Source: Felis catus (taxonomy: Eukaryota). Taken from it: a stretch of 64,000 nucleotides of DNA. Positions 58,702-64,000 of the stretch are shown in pieces (within the stretch, counting starts at the first letter, position 1; each line of letters begins with the position of its first letter). The position numbers were made by a program, and so were the translations under genes. The notes under the pieces were generated by a model. The model worked only from the letters and a program-made list of their open reading frames with translations. It did no database searches and had not been told where the DNA came from. The stretch lies in contig NC_058372.1 in assembly GCF_018350175.1 (NCBI RefSeq), forward strand, positions 131,626,001 to 131,690,000, read 5' to 3'.

Positions 58702-59014
58702 CATAATATTTTAAACCATCAGATGTGATAGAAACATAACATGGTAAGATGACCTAAGGGTCTTTCTCATGTCCATGTGGCAATCAGTAAATCTTAATTT
58801 TAACAACGGTAATAGATTATACTTTATGACACATATTATTTGGAGAGCTGCTTGAGAGCATATATACCTCTTTCCCGTTTTGTGAATATAATCTTCTGCA
58901 GCTAACAAGCTTTGGAGCAATCTGAAAGGCTGTCTCCCAGGCTAGAGTCCTCAGTAAGACGATGAATAAAGCACTTACTAACCTACTTTAAGGCTGATTT
59001 TCTTTCAGTTGACA
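58702..59014 (+). mobile_element. 3' part of a MER4-group ERV1 LTR
   Basis: ggctgtctcccaggctagagtcctcag...aataaa...tttcagttgaca terminus. Confidence 0.6.
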
Positions 59015-59665
59015 CGTTCCCTTGTATCTTTGGCACATTCACCACCTTGGCCTACACCCAGAAGACAGAGTACTTGCTAGTGTAGATTTTTTCATATGTT
59101 TTCTTTTTCCCCCAGTTTTTCACTACAATGCATTATCTGCTTTCATGTAGCCATGTTCACTAACACGTAACAGAAACTTTTAGCACAGTTTTGTGACCAA
59201 TCTTTTTGTCAAAATCTAGTCTAATGGCAAAGAGCGCCTCCAGGCCTTCAGGGAAGGTTCTGTCACCCCAAGTAGCTAGATGTGACTTAAAATGACCTTA
59301 ATCCTTCCGTAATAAGATATTTAATTTACCGTAAGTAGTGGTGATGGGGGCAGGCACTTTTAAATCATTGAAAACATCATTAAACTTCCTAAGTTTCTTG
59401 TGAGTTTTAGTCAAACGCCAATTAATTTCTCTTCTTACCACCGCTTGTTAAATAACCAAAGCATAATGAGATACAGAGGGGGTGAAATGCATACCTCCGC
59501 AGGATTACTGCAGAACCCTAGTGATACAATGAAACACTTTTCCAGAAGGGAGGACCCCTATCAGTGAGCAGTTTTTGCTGCTTACCTGACTTGATGAAAT
59601 ACATTCCACTTCTCCTATAGAAATAGACATCATTTGTCACTTGATTAGATCTGATTTATTTCAAC

Positions 59666-60819
59666 TGTAAAAAGCATACCCTTAATGGAGAGAGGGGCTG
59701 CAACCTTCTCAGCAAAAGGGAGGCTCAGAGGTGCAGAGCTGAGACCCAGAAAGATGGAAGTTTACGGAGGAGTTCTGAGCCCCGGAAGTTGACGTGACCG
59801 TTCCAATATACAAGTGGGTTGCAATTCATGGCGTTATTTATATTCACTTTTCTGATCAGGTTCTCTGCTGTGGTGGATTTTCAGAGAATTTGCACCCAGA
59901 GGTGGTAAAATACTGATCAAATGATTGTTCTTTCAGCTTGTTCTAGCTTCAGAAAGACTGTTAATCCTCATTGCTTCTTTTACCCCCAGGTCTGATCTCT
60001 AGATCTGAGGTCTGAAACCCCAGAGACTCTAAATACTGCTGAATGTGGGAAACAAAGGCAAAAGAAAAAAATCACATTTCCTGACAGCTTACAGCCCATT
60101 GACAAATCCTTGAGACAGGCAGAGTGACCTCCCTCCAGGAGCTCAGCTGCCTAGATCATGACACTTTGCTAACTGCAAAAGGCAATCTTAGCCCAATCCC
60201 CACTCCCACCCAGGATCCTGGGAGTCCACATTAACATATAAAAATTCCTTTGGAAACTTCGTTTATCTCTACTCCCCAAATATATGTTGGCAACCATCCT
60301 CCAAGCATATGGCCCACTGACAGACATATGAAGGGTCTCATGACTGAGGTTCTACTGGACAGTAAATGACCTTTTTCTCACAATAGCAAGGCCCCTCAAG
60401 GTCCTTGAAAACTTGTTTCTAAAATTCCTTAGAGACTCACAACTTGAAAGTATATAATGAGTCACCCGTCACAACCCCAGTGCAGCTTTTTCTGCCCACG
60501 GGTCCTGTCCCCCTGTGCTTTTTTTTTTTAATTAATTAATTGATTAATTAATTAATTTACTTATTGAGAAAGAGAGAGAGAGACAGAGCACGAGCTTGGG
60601 AGGGGCAGACAGAGAGGGAGACAGAATCCGAAGCAAGGTCTGGAACTTGTGAACCTCAAGATCGAACTTGTGAACCTCAAGATCATGACCTGGGCCTAAG
60701 TCAGATGCTCAACCGACTGAGCCACCCAGGGGCCCCTCCCCATGCTTTAATAAAACCACCTTTTGGCATGGAAGATGTCTCAAGAATTCTTTCTTGGCCA
60801 TTGGCTCTGAATGCCAACA
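59666..60819 (+). mobile_element. Carnivore ERV1-type LTR interrupted by a SINE
   Basis: LTR-like U3/R motifs, aataaaaccacc, terminal tgccaaca; 5' boundary uncertain. Confidence 0.55.
60500..60736 (-). mobile_element. Rearranged Can-SINE (internal deletion plus 21-bp duplication)
   Basis: SINE head and tail present; the middle segment is missing and gaacttgtgaacctcaagatc occurs twice. Confidence 0.85.
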
Positions 60820-62476
60820 ATTTCCACATCACTATCCACCTTCCCTTTTCTACTCAACTATTCTGTATTTGCCTTAAAATAAAGGCCACACTAATGGGAA
60901 AATATGCACTCATGAAAGATTTAGTTTTGCCTGATTATCATCTTGCTGTTTACCATTTCTGTTGACATAGGCAGGGAAAAAACTGAATGACAAATTTAAT
61001 TTTCTTTGGCTCTTCTGTATGTTAAAATAATACTGCAGAGCATTATGTATAAAGTATAAAGCAGTTTCACTTTGAATCAAAAGTATCTATATTTCTCTTC
61101 TTTATAGTCAACATAAATATGAGACAGGCTTTAATTTTATCTCCAAAAATATTTATCAAAAGCTTAAGAAACACCATCTCTGTGTATTTAACATAAAATA
61201 AAAATATTTCCAAGCTGATTATCCTTAAGCTGCTGCCTAGAAAGATTCCTAAACCACTACTGAATATTAAAAATGAACTTTATCCCCACTGCCGAGTGAG
61301 TTAAAGGAAAGAGAGGAAAGTATTTTTCACATTTTGTAAATCAAAAGATCGCTTAAGATATTTTTGGAAATAAAGCTGGAAGTATTGGTGAATTTAATTT
61401 TTTTACCAAATACTTTGTCCTTCCCTTTATGTTCAAAGATAAAGTTAGAAAGCGGTGTTTATCCATTTATCAGTGTCCACTTTGACTAACTGCTCAGAGA
61501 GTTGTTTCAGGTTCTTCCAGAGATCTTAAATAAAGTGCCAGTCGCTGCTTTGTTGACTCACCTGGCTAAAAGCAATAATGAGTTTCTTATTTTCCTAAAA
61601 CCTTCATGGTACAAATGGGTATCACAGTATTTTACCTATTTAGTAGTTTGCTGCTGGGAATCAGGGGTCAGGATACGAACCCCACCATCTCATGAGTTTT
61701 GACTGTGCTTCTGGTAAACCCTCCTTGTTGAAAACACACAACCAGCATCATCAGGGCTTTCCAAGCCTGAAGTTTTAGATAAAGCAGTTAATATAACAAA
61801 AGTGAAAAACATAGTGGAGTCCTTCTAAGGTTGTGTTTCTTAACTGGGGCTGCACGGTGGAAGTACCTAGAAAGCTTAAAAATAAAGAAAACACATGAAG
61901 TCCTAATCTCCTAGAGCTTCTACTGTGTGGCCAGGTGTGAGAATCATTGCCTTAAGAGTATAGGTATAACCACTGGATCAAATTTTAAAAAAGGAAGAAG
62001 TAATCCTTGAGAGTTGTAGAAAAGTCTAGGTAAAAAAAAAAAAAAAATGCTCCTCCCTATAATCCTAGCTCACATTTTGTATAATAAACTAATAGCTCAT
62101 CCCTCCTGGCCTACGAAACCCCCATAAGAAGCCAGCAAGCTGAGGAAGAAAAGTTACACTAAATAACCTTAAACAGCAACCTTTAAGGGCATGAAGAACT
62201 TTCTTGTCTTCATTGCTTTTCAACTTCGTCTGGAACTAGTCTACTCCAATAGGAGCTGGGTTTAGACTGAATACCCAGTGAGGCAGGATGGGAATCGAGA
62301 GGTAGTGCTGGAAGATGAACTGTATGTGCCCTCAACAACAAAATCACTGGTTTCTATTCTTTGTATTTCCCCCTCAATATAGACATAGCACTGCAGTGAG
62401 CCCCTAAGTGACTGTGTCTTACCAATGTTTTCATCTCCCAGAGTGTCTTGTGCATAATAATTGCCCAGTGAATACC

Positions 62477-62500
62477 CAATCAATCAATCAATCAATCAAT
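62477..62500. repeat. (CAAT)6
   Basis: Direct reading. Confidence 0.95.
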
Positions 62501-62677
62501 AGTGAGTGCTAAATTTTAACAGGAGATTGTCTTCAATAGTTTCTTCTTACTCTATAAGCATTAATAATAGAGGAAATGCAGAAAAGAATATCAATTTAGG
62601 TGGCATTTAATGCTCTTGACATCCACCTATAAAGTGTAGGATTTTCTTACAGTTTTGAAAGAACGAAAACAACTTTG

Positions 62678-62681
<4 letters not shown>

Positions 62682-62708
<27 letters not shown>
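62682..62708. repeat. (TG)13 microsatellite
   Basis: Direct reading. Confidence 0.95.
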
Positions 62709-62712
<4 letters not shown>

Positions 62713-63169
62713 GGTAAGACCTGTCCTAGATACTCTTGAGACTAAAAAGACAAAAAAGAAAGTAGCCCATAGTAACAGGAACTATAATAGACATGTTACA
62801 TAAGTGATGAAATTTAATTTATTATTACTTATTATATTTATTATTTATTATCTCATTTGCTTTAATTCTTCACAATAACTTGTGAGGTTTGCTATTATTT
62901 TTCTTAGATTTATAACCAGATCTTACTCTATAAGCCCATCCTTCTTTTCTAAACTAGAATTTCCTCTCCCCAAACTTTGTGTATAAAAACAGAATGTCAA
63001 GAGTATTTTACCTTCAGATAATTTTGAAAACTCCCACCTAAACAAAGTTAAAGATGCTTCCTTACTACAGAACATCTTAGAGCTTTTATGAAGTAATCAT
63101 TGGAAGTCTCTAAGAGAGTGACACATACACAGTGCTGAATCTGGCTTCCATCTTTGTCACTTCAGGTGA

Positions 63170-63640
63170 AAGAATGAACACTAAGGTCCTATTTCTCCCA
63201 GGCATGGCGGGACTGGCCAAGGAACCTATAGGAATGCAACCTCACTAGCTTACAAGTAGTTAACCAGCACTACCCTGAAGATATAATCACCAAATGTACT
63301 TAATGAAACTTCTAACATAATGAATTAAGATACTTTTCGGATTCCAAGTCTCTCTCAAGAAAAGGCCTCCAGAGGATCAGACGAAGTGGCATGACCTCAT
63401 GGGTCTCCAAGCAATGGTGTCTACCTTCTCGAGAGACCCCTGGCTCACATTTTGTCTTTAAATACCCTCATTTGCCAGCCATCCGGGAACTGAGGACTTT
63501 GGGCTATTGGCTCTCTGTTTTCCTGGATGGTGCCACACCAATAAAGTGCCTATTTTTCTTCACTGCAAAATCTTGGTGTCAGTTTTTATTGGCTTGCTGT
63601 GCATTGGGGTGGACAAATTCTTTTGTTAGGTTCAGTTACA
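63170..63640 (+). mobile_element. ERVL-type LTR (LTR40/MER74-like)
   Basis: aataaagtgcc...cttggtgtcag...attggcttgctgtgcattgggg...ggttcagttaca terminus; 5' end approximate. Confidence 0.55.
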
Positions 63641-63931
63641 ATGTTAATTCAACTGTTTTGACCATGGAATCCTTTGTTAACGATGACTTCTCTCAAGGAC
63701 ATTGTCTAGGGAAAAGCCTTTTGTAAGGCACTTCTCTGAACAAAGGCACAAATACGTAGCTTAAAGGCAGAATGTGGTCAGTGTTCTCAGAGAGGTAGAG
63801 ATAGAAGCCAGGGAGGTTCAGAGAAAAAAGAAAATACCTCTAGCTGCTAGAATAAGCTGCCCAGGAAATGTGACATTTAGACTCTATCATTAGTGGCATC
63901 AATTTCCTCCCAGGACCTCATACTCCACACC

Positions 63932-64000
63932 CAGTGATCAGCAACTTTTGCTGCAATTTGGAATCCCTGAGAAGCTTTACCAAATGCTAATGTATGGGCC
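63932..64000 (+). mobile_element. MER5A-like hAT DNA transposon start (cut by window edge)
   Basis: cagtgatcagcaacttttgctgcaatttggaatccctgagaagcttt...tgggcc. Confidence 0.65.

Noticed and set aside
1-64000. CRISPR arrays, tRNA/rRNA genes, operon-like or defence systems, or the downstream neighbour gene
   Set aside because: Mammalian DNA. The tRNA-like A/B boxes belong to SINE heads, there are no repeat-spacer arrays, and no CpG-island promoter or further exons appear after 46.3 kb.

Overview
Felid (cat-like) genomic DNA, identified from many tRNA-derived Can-SINEs of the Felidae SINEC_Fc type and a carnivore L1. It holds the 3' end of GRM1 (metabotropic glutamate receptor 1) on the + strand. 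The 931-nt seven-transmembrane exon is at 6920-7850, followed by a ~34.7-kb intron containing the 85-nt mGlu1b cassette exon (35164-35248). The last exon encodes the long mGlu1a tail (CDS 42550-43462) and has an internal mGlu1d acceptor at 42585. A ~2.8-kb 3'UTR ends near 46.27 kb. The remainder (46.3-64 kb) is intergenic and dense in SINEs and solo LTRs, some nested. Five N runs are present. Two of them match the length of the sequence expected there, which suggests reference-guided consensus or masking rather than true assembly gaps. I see no prokaryote-type system, CRISPR array or new protein-coding gene. The best leads concern GRM1 C-terminal isoform control: a divergent mGlu1b tail, splicing-regulator motifs, candidate extra exons in a TE-poor intronic block, SINE-derived acceptors and alternative polyadenylation. 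Repeat family names and human/rat comparisons are from memory and were not searched.
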